Shown one piece after another: positions 29,491 to 38,548 of a stretch of 64,000 nt of DNA. The translations under genes were made by a program, and so were the position numbers. How positions within the stretch are numbered: position 1 is the stretch's first letter; each line of letters begins with the position of its first letter. The stretch is from NCBI GenBank assembly GCA_965209055.1, contig OZ242374.1, forward strand, positions 896,001 through 960,000, in the 5' to 3' direction. The notes beneath the pieces were generated by a model. The model was not told the DNA's origin and made no database searches. It saw nothing but the letters and a program-made list of their open reading frames with translations. Origin of the DNA: Acidobacteriota bacterium. Lineage in GTDB: Bacteria; Acidobacteriota; UBA6911; RPQK01; JAJDTT01.

Positions 29491-30246
29491 ATGAAAAAGT
29501 CGATTCAATTCCTTTCCGTTGCGCTGCTCTCCGTGAATCTCGTCGTCCCCAATTCGGCGGGCACTCGTCCGTTGAGCAATGTCAGGAAATATCCCGTCTC
29601 CGTCGAGAAGGACGCCTACAGCTTGGGCGCCCGGCTGCTCAGCGAGAAGGAGGTCCTGCAGAACTTTGTCACTCCCCTGAAGGACCAATACGTCGTAGTG
29701 GAAGTGGCAATGTACCCCGGCGTCAACGACATCGAGGTGGACAACCGGGACTTCGTACTCCGGATTGACGGTTTTGACCGGTCGTTCCGTCCCCAGGAGC
29801 CAAGCCGGATCGCCATCGGCCAGCAGCGGACGACGACCAAGCCCAAGAGGCAGGTCGGCATCGTCCCGTACGGCAACATCGAATACGAGAGGGGTCGAGG
29901 CCACTACCCCGATCACCGGCGTTTCCCCAGGCGCAGTGATCGGCGCGACGTCGAGGACCCCGACTGGGATCGCCGCGATCGCGATCGGAACCGCGGCTAC
30001 GGCGGCCTACGGACTGTCGTGGGGGTCGGCGTTGTGCTCGACCGTCAGCCCCAGCCCTCCAGCGACCAGGATCGGTACGTCATGGAGACGGAACTGCACG
30101 ACAAGAGTCTTCCTCAAGGGTTCGTGGGATCGCCGGTCGCCGGCCACCTCTACTTCGCAGTCGGGGAGTACAAGAAGAAGGTGAAGCACCGGCTGGAATA
30201 CCGCGGAAACGGAGAATCGGTCACCGTGGTCCTTCCCGGGAAATAG
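29491..30246 (+). CDS. Secreted hypothetical protein (paralog A)
   Basis: Signal peptide; extensive similarity to 30291..30998. Confidence 0.8.
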   Translation: MKKSIQFLSVALLSVNLVVPNSAGTRPLSNVRKYPVSVEKDAYSLGARLLSEKEVLQNFVTPLKDQYVVVEVAMYPGVNDIEVDNRDFVLRIDGFDRSFRPQEPSRIAIGQQRTTTKPKRQVGIVPYGNIEYERGRGHYPDHRRFPRRSDRRDVEDPDWDRRDRDRNRGYGGLRTVVGVGVVLDRQPQPSSDQDRYVMETELHDKSLPQGFVGSPVAGHLYFAVGEYKKKVKHRLEYRGNGESVTVVLPGK

Positions 30247-30290
30247 AACCAGCCTTTGCCGGCTTGGCCAACGGCCTCAAGCAAATAACG

Positions 30291-30998
30291 ATGAAACCGT
30301 TGATTCGATACCTTTCCGTTTCTCTGCTCTGCGGCGTCTTCGGCTGGGCAAGCACGGACGGAACTCGTCCTCGGAGCACGGTCGACAAGTATCCCGCCGC
30401 CGTTGAGAAGAAGGGTTACCGTCTGGGCGCCCGGCTACTCAGCGATCTGGAGGTCCTGCAGACCTTCTCGACTCCCCTGAAAGGGAAATACGCCGTCGTG
30501 GAAGTGGCTCTCTACCCCGACAAGTCCGGCATTTCGGTGGACAACGGGGATTTCCTGCTTCAGGTGTCCGGCAAGGACCAGGTCTTCCGCCCCCAGGAAC
30601 CGGGGATGATCGCAGCCGGTCTGCAGCGGAAAGCCTCGACAACCAGGAGAACCGGTGTGGTTTCTTCGGGAACCATCGGATACGAATCGCGCCGGGAACG
30701 CTATCCGGAAGCCTATCCCGGCCGCCGGGGCCGCAATGACGACATCAGGTCCGGCGGCCCCCGCACCACGATCGGGATCGGAGTACTGCGCGACCGAAGC
30801 CCACGGCCCTCCACCGGCCGGGACCGGCAGGTCATGAAGACGGAATTGGAGGACAAGGGTCTTCCCCAGGGCTTCACCGGGTCACCGGTCGCCGGCTACC
30901 TCTACTTCGCAGTCGGAAAGTTCCGCAAGAAGGCGGAGCACCGGCTCGAATACGTTGGAACCGGGGAGACCACTGTCCTGGTCCTTCCCGAAAAATAG
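30291..30998 (+). CDS. Secreted hypothetical protein (paralog B)
   Basis: Shares GTRP, KYP, LGARLLS, VVEVAxYP, FRPQEP, TELxDKxLPQGF, SPVAGxLYF and HRLEY with paralog A. Confidence 0.8.
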   Translation: MKPLIRYLSVSLLCGVFGWASTDGTRPRSTVDKYPAAVEKKGYRLGARLLSDLEVLQTFSTPLKGKYAVVEVALYPDKSGISVDNGDFLLQVSGKDQVFRPQEPGMIAAGLQRKASTTRRTGVVSSGTIGYESRRERYPEAYPGRRGRNDDIRSGGPRTTIGIGVLRDRSPRPSTGRDRQVMKTELEDKGLPQGFTGSPVAGYLYFAVGKFRKKAEHRLEYVGTGETTVLVLPEK

Positions 30999-31114
30999 AC
31001 CGACCCGGCCACTTGACGGCCCGGCGGCGCACTTGCGCCCCACCGCCGGACGTCCCTTCTCAATATCATCTTCTTCATACCGGGTTTCGTACTTCTTGCT
31101 GTTAGGATTGTGCA

Positions 31115-31999
31115 ATGGAATCCGTGCCCTGGAAGGTTTCTCTTCACGGCGGACACAGCGGCGCCTTTTGCGATCACGCCGAAGGGACTCTCCAGCAGAT
31201 TCTGGAAGCCGCGGTGGCGCAGCAGATGTCGGTATTCGGGATCTCGGAGCACGCTCCCCGTCTGGGAGAACGCTTCCTCTATACCCGGGAAATCGAATTG
31301 GGATGGGACGTCCCCAAGCTGGAGCGGGACTTTCAAGCCTACCGATTGGCGCTGGACCCCCTGGTTCGCGAGTTCAGTCCCCGTCTGCAGGTCCTGAGAG
31401 GTTTCGAAGCCGAGGTCGTCCCCAGTGCGACCTATGCCGACGTCATGCGCCGTTACCGGTCGGACATGGACTTCGACTACATGGTGGGTTCCGTCCACTT
31501 CGTGGGGGAAATCATTATCGACGGCGAGCCCGCAGATTTCGAACGCGCCCTGAACCGGGCCGGCGGGCTCGAAGACCTGGCGGTCCTTTACTACGAGGGA
31601 GTCGCTCGAATGGTCGAGGCGCTCCGGCCCGAGGTGGTGGGGCATCTCGACCTGATCCGAAAGAACGGCCGGAACTACGGCCCGCTGGATACACCGGCCA
31701 TCCGGCGGTCGGCCCGCCAGGCCCTGGAGGTGATCCGGCGCCATGGCTGCATCCTGGATCTCAACACGGCCGGATACCGGAAGGGTTTGGGATGCCCCTA
31801 CCCCGAGCCGTGGCTGTTGCGGCAAGCCCATGAAATGGGCATCGGCGTCTGTTTCGGCGACGACAGTCACGGCCCCCACCAAGTGGGCGCCGGCATCGAG
31901 GAGGCCCGCCTCTACCTGCTGGACAACGGCGTTTCCGAGATCCGGACGCTGGCCAGGGAAGGGGACCGGGTGGTCCGCAGATCCATCCCGCTTCGCTGA
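31115..31999 (+). CDS. Histidinol-phosphatase, PHP (HisJ/HisK) family
   Basis: SLHGGHSGAFCDHA, SEHAP, GSVH, GHLD, GDDSH. Confidence 0.88.
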   Translation: MESVPWKVSLHGGHSGAFCDHAEGTLQQILEAAVAQQMSVFGISEHAPRLGERFLYTREIELGWDVPKLERDFQAYRLALDPLVREFSPRLQVLRGFEAEVVPSATYADVMRRYRSDMDFDYMVGSVHFVGEIIIDGEPADFERALNRAGGLEDLAVLYYEGVARMVEALRPEVVGHLDLIRKNGRNYGPLDTPAIRRSARQALEVIRRHGCILDLNTAGYRKGLGCPYPEPWLLRQAHEMGIGVCFGDDSHGPHQVGAGIEEARLYLLDNGVSEIRTLAREGDRVVRRSIPLR

Positions 32000-32008
32000 T
32001 TCCACTAG

Positions 32009-32166
32009 GAGTCTGCGCCGTAGAAATGATCGTAGCGAGAAAGTGGAGAATCGAGGACAGATTTTCACGATTTTGAGGTGCATAGTTGTTCTATTCGCCG
32101 AGAAATCGGGGAAATATGGACCGATTCGCCGCTTTCGCAGTAGATTGATTTCTGCGGCGCAGGCTC
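32009..32166. mobile_element. MITE-like non-autonomous element, 158 bp, CTAG flanks
   Basis: Left end GAGTCTGCGCCGTAGAAAT vs right end (revcomp) GAGCCTGCGCCGCAGAAAT, 17/19; imperfect symmetry continues inward; CTAG at 32005-32008 and 32167-32170; lower GC than its neighbours. Confidence 0.75.
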
Positions 32167-32191
32167 CTAGGTCGAAGCTACGGAGTTACCG

Positions 32192-33256
32192 ATGAGCTAT
32201 TCCGCAGAAGAGCCAGGAACACCTCGAATCGAAATCGGCGGCCGAGTGCTGGTGTGCCCGGGAGGACACGCACCCAAAGTGGTCCGGCTCGGAGACGATC
32301 ATCTCCTGGTTGCCGCCCGCACCGGACTGACCGGAGTCGCCGATAACAGCTCCGTCTCCCTGGTGGAGTCCCGCGATGGAGGCGGGACCTGGACCCGACC
32401 CCGCACCATCATCGATTCGCGGGACGACGAGCGGGTGCAGATGATGAGCCGTCTTCCCGGCGGGGCCCTCCTGCTGGGTTTCACCCGGCGGTCCAACGGC
32501 GCCTGCAAGGGCATGCTCATGACCTCACCCGACGAAGGCAGGAACTGGGACCATCCCTTCCAGTTGGGGCCGGGACCGTTCGACTACGTCTATCCATTCG
32601 GGGGTGTGACGGCGCTTCCTGACGGCGAACTCCTGCTCACCGCCTACGGCGGCTACTACCCGGTCTACGAACATGGGGACAAGCCGCGGGAACGGAAGGG
32701 CGATTTCACTTGCTTCTTCCGCTCTCGCGACGGCGATCGATGGGAGTACGGCGGCCTGATCGCCCGCTTCACCACCCAGCCCCATCTCTTGCGCCTCTCC
32801 TCGGGCGTGCTCCTGGCGTCGCTTCGCAGCGCGGAGCTGGCGGAGGCCATGACCTATGAGGAGTCGCTCAAGCGGCCGCTGGCGCGCACTCTGGTGAGCG
32901 AGTCCCGGGACGAAGGCAGAATCTGGTCCCGTCCCCGGCAGGTGACGGACGCCGCCGAGATGCAGGGTTTTCTGCTGGAGTCCTCATGGGGCGAACTGGT
33001 CATGACCTACAGCGTGCGGCACAAGCCCTACGGCGTCTCCATCCGGACCAGCCGCGACCAGGGAAAGAGTTGGGGACCGCCGGCGGCCCTGGCAGACGAC
33101 GCTCCGGCGACCGACGTGGGGCTGTCCCAGACCCTGGAAACGGAGCCGGGAAAGTTCCTCACCCTCTACCACTGGGAGGATCGGAGCACTCCCCGTCGGG
33201 AGGCCAACCTGTTCGGGATCTTCTGGCGGATGAATCCGCCCTCCGGCCGTTCGTAG
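32192..33256 (+). CDS. BNR/Asp-box (sialidase-like) beta-propeller protein
   Basis: Asp boxes SRDGGGTW, SPDEGRNW, SRDGDRW, SRDEGRIW, SRDQGKSW; no signal peptide. Confidence 0.85.
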   Translation: MSYSAEEPGTPRIEIGGRVLVCPGGHAPKVVRLGDDHLLVAARTGLTGVADNSSVSLVESRDGGGTWTRPRTIIDSRDDERVQMMSRLPGGALLLGFTRRSNGACKGMLMTSPDEGRNWDHPFQLGPGPFDYVYPFGGVTALPDGELLLTAYGGYYPVYEHGDKPRERKGDFTCFFRSRDGDRWEYGGLIARFTTQPHLLRLSSGVLLASLRSAELAEAMTYEESLKRPLARTLVSESRDEGRIWSRPRQVTDAAEMQGFLLESSWGELVMTYSVRHKPYGVSIRTSRDQGKSWGPPAALADDAPATDVGLSQTLETEPGKFLTLYHWEDRSTPRREANLFGIFWRMNPPSGRS

Positions 33257-33280
33257 CTGACTGTGGACCCGCCGCAAGGT

Positions 33281-34579
33281 TCAGGCGCAGTACTCGTTCA
33301 GCTTGACGCCCAACCGATCGATCTCTTCCCAGGTGTTGAAGAAGTGGACACAGACGCGGATGTCCCGGGGGTCCTCCAAGGGCGCCACCACGATCCCCTC
33401 CTTCTCGGCCAGGCGTTCGTAGAAGTCCATCCCCAGAAACCCCTCCGGCAGCTTCAGGCTCACCACACCGCTTCGGCTTCCGTCTTCAAGGGGAGATATC
33501 AGCTGGAAGAGTCTCGAATCGCGGACCCATTCCGAGAATCTCTTGGAAAGATCGGCGGTCCGGGCATGGATCCGATCCCAGCCCACTTTGTCGAGCCAAC
33601 GCAGGGTCTCGGCGAATCCTCCGAAGACAGGCAGGGCCCGGGTTCCGAATTCATACCGGCGGCCGTCAGGATGCCATTCGTATTCCCCGTCGTCCTCAAT
33701 GACGGCCTGGCTGTGGGCGCCGGTCCACGAGACCGGTGTGGTGGCCAGGATCTCCTTGCGGGTCAGGAGGCCGCCCGTCCCCTTGGGACCCAGGAGCCAC
33801 TTGTGGCCGCAGAACGAATAGTAGTCGCAGCCCAGATCGTGGAAGTCCAGCGGGATGTTTCCAGCAGCCTGAGCGCCGTCCAGCAATAGCCGCACGCCAC
33901 GCTTGTGCAGCTCCCGCGCCAGCTTCCGCGCCGGAAGGACCCGGCCGTTGCGGCGGGAGACATGGCTCATGGCCACCAATCGGGTGCGCGGCGAGATCTG
34001 GCCCAGAACGCTGCCCAGGACGTCCTCTCCCACGTCCATGGGAGCGCGGCGATAGACGACGCCGAAACGGTCGTGGAGGTTGTAGGACGGTTGCAACAGA
34101 GCGGGGTGCTCATGGTTGCTGATGAGGATCTCGTCTCCCGCCTTCCAGTCGATGGACCAGATGACGATGTTGAGCCCCTCGGTCGTATTGTGGGTCAGCG
34201 TCACCTCTTCTTCATCGGCGCCCAGGACGGCGGCGGCCAGGGCGCGGCACTCTTCCTCCACCACGGCGATCCGTGGGTTGATTCGGGGATCTCCGGGTCC
34301 AAGGTTCTGCAGGTCCAGAAGCTCCTTGACCTTTTCGATGACGGGAGTGGGCGAGGGACCGATGCCTCCGGTCAGGAAATAGGCGGATTCCGAGGTGGTC
34401 GGAATTTCATTGCGAACCCGGTTCACCCACGCGGGAATTGTGGCTTGACTGGCGGTAGCGACGGCTTGTTCCATACTTTTTATCCAGGTTGGCCCCGCCG
34501 CTGCGGCCAGCGACGCGGATTTCAAGAAGGTTCTTCTCGGCGGTCTGCGGCTCTTGGACCGGGGCCGGTTCTTTCTCAT
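33281..34579 (-). CDS. Class V PLP-dependent enzyme (CefD/SufS-like) with Tat signal
   Basis: RRTFLK, NTTEG, EHP, DGAQ, GHKWLLGPKGTG. Confidence 0.9.
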   Translation of the reverse strand: MRKNRPRSKSRRPPRRTFLKSASLAAAAGPTWIKSMEQAVATASQATIPAWVNRVRNEIPTTSESAYFLTGGIGPSPTPVIEKVKELLDLQNLGPGDPRINPRIAVVEEECRALAAAVLGADEEEVTLTHNTTEGLNIVIWSIDWKAGDEILISNHEHPALLQPSYNLHDRFGVVYRRAPMDVGEDVLGSVLGQISPRTRLVAMSHVSRRNGRVLPARKLARELHKRGVRLLLDGAQAAGNIPLDFHDLGCDYYSFCGHKWLLGPKGTGGLLTRKEILATTPVSWTGAHSQAVIEDDGEYEWHPDGRRYEFGTRALPVFGGFAETLRWLDKVGWDRIHARTADLSKRFSEWVRDSRLFQLISPLEDGSRSGVVSLKLPEGFLGMDFYERLAEKEGIVVAPLEDPRDIRVCVHFFNTWEEIDRLGVKLNEYCA

Positions 34580-34614
34580 GGGAATTCCGCAAAAAACCGC
34601 GACAGTCTCTCAGC

Positions 34615-35196
34615 TCAGTTGAGGCGCCGCAATAGGTATCCCGGACGGAAGGATCGCCGGGCGCGGATCCGGACCGAAAAACGCTCCCGCGGATCTTCGA
34701 CCCGGTCCAGGCTGAAGACGCCACGACCCAGAATTCGGGACAGCGCCTGGGTCAACTCGGGCCTGAGCTGCTCGAACGTCTCCGGGCTGTTGGGCGTATG
34801 GAGGCGATCGTTGGCCAGCAGCAGCATCTCCCGGGTATGGAAGCGGACCCGGCCGCCCAGTATGGGGTCCGCTTCCAGCCGGCTGCAGGCCAGAAGCGTT
34901 TGTCTGAAGACATCCCGGATACACTCCTCGCGGTTCCCGTCCGGATCCTGCTTGCGATAGTAGAGAAGTCCGGGCCGGTCATCGGCCTGGTCCAGGCTGA
35001 AGTTGCCCTCGTGGGCCACCAGCAGTATGCCGGGTCCCCTGTGGACGTGACTGTAGTCATGGACGTCGATGAGCAGGTGTCCGTCGACGTCCTGGTTCTG
35101 GATCCAGGAGTGGAAGACGGGAATGAACTCCTGCGTCTCGGCCCTGAGGGGCTCCTCCAGGAAGATCTTGAGACCGAGCTTCTGCCAGCCGCTCAT
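34615..35196 (-). CDS. Hypothetical protein downstream of the reductase
   Basis: 8 bp after the reductase stop; His/Asp-rich motif IDVHDYSHVHRGPGILLVAHE. Confidence 0.75.
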   Translation of the reverse strand: MSGWQKLGLKIFLEEPLRAETQEFIPVFHSWIQNQDVDGHLLIDVHDYSHVHRGPGILLVAHEGNFSLDQADDRPGLLYYRKQDPDGNREECIRDVFRQTLLACSRLEADPILGGRVRFHTREMLLLANDRLHTPNSPETFEQLRPELTQALSRILGRGVFSLDRVEDPRERFSVRIRARRSFRPGYLLRRLN

Positions 35197-35204
35197 ACGC
35201 CAGC

Positions 35205-37457
35205 CTAGTGGACTCCCGAAATCTCCCGGGCCATGCGCTCGTAGCAGGCATGCGCCGCCTCGATGAAAAGCTGGCTCTCTTCCACCGACTGATGGGCCGT
35301 GTCCCGCGTGGGGCTCTGCGGAGGCGATTTGTGACGGCGGAACAGGTAATTGGCGAACTTGCCGCCGGCGTACTTGTCGTAAAACAGTTCGGTATCGTAG
35401 AAGCGGCGCCGGAATTCCGACACGACCGTGTCGGGAGCGCCCGGAACGTCCAGGAACTCGGTTTTGACCAGGGCTCTGGCGGCCTCCACCATGGCTCGGT
35501 AGCTCAAAGCGTCGGCGCCGGCATAATCCGTTTCATCCAGCCTGATCTGGGCTTCGAAGACCAGTTGCTCGGCGGAAGCCAGATTGAACTGGGTCAGGGT
35601 GACCACCTCGCCTGCGCATTCTCCCGTCCCCAGGTCTCCCATCGAGAACTCTCTCGGATCGCCCCAATCGCTGTAGAAGGAGGAGTCGACCTCATAGGCC
35701 GGAACCAGCAACAGGTCCTGCAGCATGGTCCGAAGGTCCTTCTTGCCGACGCTCCGGACGAATTGCTGAAAGCTCTCGCCGTTGCTCCGATGCTCCAGGT
35801 ATCGGCCCGTGATCCGCTCCAGAACCTCCGGAACGTTCCGCGCCGGCGCCGACCCCATGGCCAGTCCGTAAGAGCCGGCGTTCTCGGTCCACTTCCCCCC
35901 CAGCACGACCTGGAAGTGAGGCACCTTGTGGCCCTTGATGGTCCGGCTGGTTCCGTAGAATCCAATGTCCGCAACGTGGTGCTGACCGCAGGAGTTGAAA
36001 CAGCCGCTGATCTTGATGCGCAGGTTCTTGATCGAATCGTCAAGTTGGAAGAACTTGGCGCCGAGCGTCCTCCGGAGTTCGGCGGCCAGTCCCCGCGACG
36101 AGGCGATGCCCAACTTGCAGGTGTCGGTACCCGGGCAGGCCGTCACGTCCATGATCGTTCCGGCGCCGTGGGCGCCCAGACCGATCCGGTCCAATTCACC
36201 GTAGAGCTCCGGCAGGTCCGCTTCGCTGACCCAACGCAGCACCATGTTCTGCTCGACGGTGGTCCGGATGTTTTCACCGGAGAAGCGCCGGGCGATCTGA
36301 GCCAGTTCCCGGGCCTGCCAACTCGACAAATCTCCCAAGGGAAGGGTCAGGGTGGCGACGGCGTAACCCGCCTGCCGCTGACGGTAGACGTTGGTCCGGA
36401 ACCAGTCCTCGAATCCCGGAGGCGGCTGATGTCCGTTCAATGCGGCCGCCGGCCGGACCGCGGTTTCCTGGAATTCCGGAACCTCGGGCAAAAACGCGGT
36501 CCACCGCCCGTCGGGAGGCATGATCTCGCGTTCCTTCAGGACCTCCTTGCGAAACTCGTCGATCCCCAGTTTCGCCACCAGGAATTTGATGCGGGCCCGG
36601 GCCCGGTTCTTCTTCTCTCCCAAGCGGGCGAACACCCTGGAGATGGCCTGCGCCGTGGGCAGCAACTCTTCTTCAGGCAGAAAGGAATCGAAGAGCTTGG
36701 CCTGGTGAGGCACCGCTCCCAGACCTCCGCCGACATACAGCTCGAACCCGCGCCTGATCCGGCCGCCCTCGCGCCGCACCACCGCAATGGCTCCCATGTC
36801 ATGCATGCTGGCCAGTCCGCAGGCCTCTTCCCGGCATCCCGAGAATGAGATCTTGAACTTGCGGCCGAAGTCCTGGGCGTCGGGATGCCCCAGCAGGAAG
36901 GCGCTGCACGCCTTGGCGTAGGGACTGACGTCGAAAGCCTCGGTGTGGCAGACACCGGCCAGGGGGCAGGCCGTGACGTTCCGGACCGAGTTCCCGCAGG
37001 CCTCCCGGGTCGTGATCCCCACCGACGCCAGTCTCCGCATCAGGTTGGGAGTGTCGTCGATGTGAACGAAGTGGAGTTGATAGTCCTGTCTCGTGGTGAC
37101 GTGGAGCACTCCATCCGAATACTCCTCCGCCGTATCCGCCAGCACCTCGAGCTGGCGGGGATTGACCCCTCCGTACGGGATCTTGATGCGCATCATCCCG
37201 GGAGCGTCCCAAAGGGTCTCAGGCCCCTTGATGACGTCACCGGAGGGATAGGGGAGCTGCTGCGACCGGATCCCGTCGTGGCGGAAACCGTTGTCGTATC
37301 GCTGGCCGTAGATGCCGCGCCGCAACCGTGTCTCGGCGAAGATCTTCTCATCCAGCTTTCCCTGACGCCTCAGCTCCATCTGCATCTCGAAGATGTCGAT
37401 TTCGCGGCCGAGATCGTCCGGGATATCCGTGCCCAAATGCTCCTTCCAAGTAGTCAT
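35205..37457 (-). CDS. Siroheme/[4Fe-4S] nitrite/sulfite reductase with C-terminal HEPN-like extension
   Basis: TTRQDYQLH, CGNSVRN, RKFK, CPGTDTCKLG, SGCFNSCGQ; GGAGG RBS before ATG 37457. Confidence 0.92.
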   Translation of the reverse strand: MTTWKEHLGTDIPDDLGREIDIFEMQMELRRQGKLDEKIFAETRLRRGIYGQRYDNGFRHDGIRSQQLPYPSGDVIKGPETLWDAPGMMRIKIPYGGVNPRQLEVLADTAEEYSDGVLHVTTRQDYQLHFVHIDDTPNLMRRLASVGITTREACGNSVRNVTACPLAGVCHTEAFDVSPYAKACSAFLLGHPDAQDFGRKFKISFSGCREEACGLASMHDMGAIAVVRREGGRIRRGFELYVGGGLGAVPHQAKLFDSFLPEEELLPTAQAISRVFARLGEKKNRARARIKFLVAKLGIDEFRKEVLKEREIMPPDGRWTAFLPEVPEFQETAVRPAAALNGHQPPPGFEDWFRTNVYRQRQAGYAVATLTLPLGDLSSWQARELAQIARRFSGENIRTTVEQNMVLRWVSEADLPELYGELDRIGLGAHGAGTIMDVTACPGTDTCKLGIASSRGLAAELRRTLGAKFFQLDDSIKNLRIKISGCFNSCGQHHVADIGFYGTSRTIKGHKVPHFQVVLGGKWTENAGSYGLAMGSAPARNVPEVLERITGRYLEHRSNGESFQQFVRSVGKKDLRTMLQDLLLVPAYEVDSSFYSDWGDPREFSMGDLGTGECAGEVVTLTQFNLASAEQLVFEAQIRLDETDYAGADALSYRAMVEAARALVKTEFLDVPGAPDTVVSEFRRRFYDTELFYDKYAGGKFANYLFRRHKSPPQSPTRDTAHQSVEESQLFIEAAHACYERMAREISGVH

Positions 37458-37534
37458 GACCCGTCTCCTCCAAGGCATTTCGGCCTGTGAGATGAGACCA
37501 AGTTTACTCAATTGATCGGATTTATCAAAATGGC

Positions 37535-38386
37535 CTAATCAAGTCCCAGCAACGGACCGGCGTCGCGATGAATCATCGCCTCCATCTGGTCCGGATCCAA
37601 CCGCGGCAGGGACGTGCCTTCCAACTGATCGTTGATGGACCGCAGCCCGGCCAGGGACTCGTCGACGTTGGTGATGGGGTAGTCGGTCCCGAACAGGAGC
37701 TTGTTCCAGACACCGTACTCCTGCACCAGCATCAGGCTCTGGTAGAGCTGGAAGGGCCGGTAGTGAATCGCCGAAACGTCGGAGTAGACGTGGGGATGCT
37801 TCCGGATCACCGCCACCGTCTCAGCCTCGTAGGGATGACCCAGGTGCGCCAGAATGATCCGGCACTCCGGATACTTGATGGCGACGGGGTCCAGGTGCCG
37901 GGGCAAAGTGGTGTCCAGAGGAGCCCGGTCGATGAAGGTCGTTCCCGTGTGGAGCAGGACGGGCAGTTGGTGGCGGACCGCATATTGCCACAGGTGATCC
38001 AGCTCCGGGGCCTGGGGATAGAATCCGGCATACATGGGCATCAACTTGATGCCCCTCATCTTCAGATCCTGGTGGCTCTCCTCCAGTTCCTCCCGCCAAC
38101 CCGGTTGGGTCGGGTCGAGGGAGAGAAACGGGATCAGGTTTTCGGGGTCCTGGGAGCAGTATTCGGCGATGAACTGATCGGGAACCCAAAGGCCCGAGAG
38201 CCTGGCCTTCCCGCCGAAGACGACGGTCTTGACTCGATCCGGAACCGTCCGGCAGTGGGCGCGATAGTCCTCCAGAATGCTTTCCAAAGGGATCTCGTAG
38301 CCCCTCATTCGGATCGCCTGTTGGCGAAACCGGTCCGAGAAATGGTCCGGATATTTCCAGCCATGAGTGTGCACGTCAAAAATCAC
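37535..38386 (-). CDS. Amidohydrolase_2 family protein
   Basis: DVHTH, GIKL, LHTG, LAHLGHP, LFGTDYP. Confidence 0.92.
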   Translation of the reverse strand: MIFDVHTHGWKYPDHFSDRFRQQAIRMRGYEIPLESILEDYRAHCRTVPDRVKTVVFGGKARLSGLWVPDQFIAEYCSQDPENLIPFLSLDPTQPGWREELEESHQDLKMRGIKLMPMYAGFYPQAPELDHLWQYAVRHQLPVLLHTGTTFIDRAPLDTTLPRHLDPVAIKYPECRIILAHLGHPYEAETVAVIRKHPHVYSDVSAIHYRPFQLYQSLMLVQEYGVWNKLLFGTDYPITNVDESLAGLRSINDQLEGTSLPRLDPDQMEAMIHRDAGPLLGLD

Positions 38387-38548
38387 ATCTCACCTCCTGA
38401 ACATGGGCCAGAGCAGGGTAGCGCGTTCCCGAAGCAACTTCCAGGATCGGATCAACCCCCTTGACTGTGACGGCTTCTGCCACGGACTGCTAACATGTTG
38501 CCGAATTCGGCGACACCTTTTTCAGGCGTAGGAGGCACTGCAGTTCCC

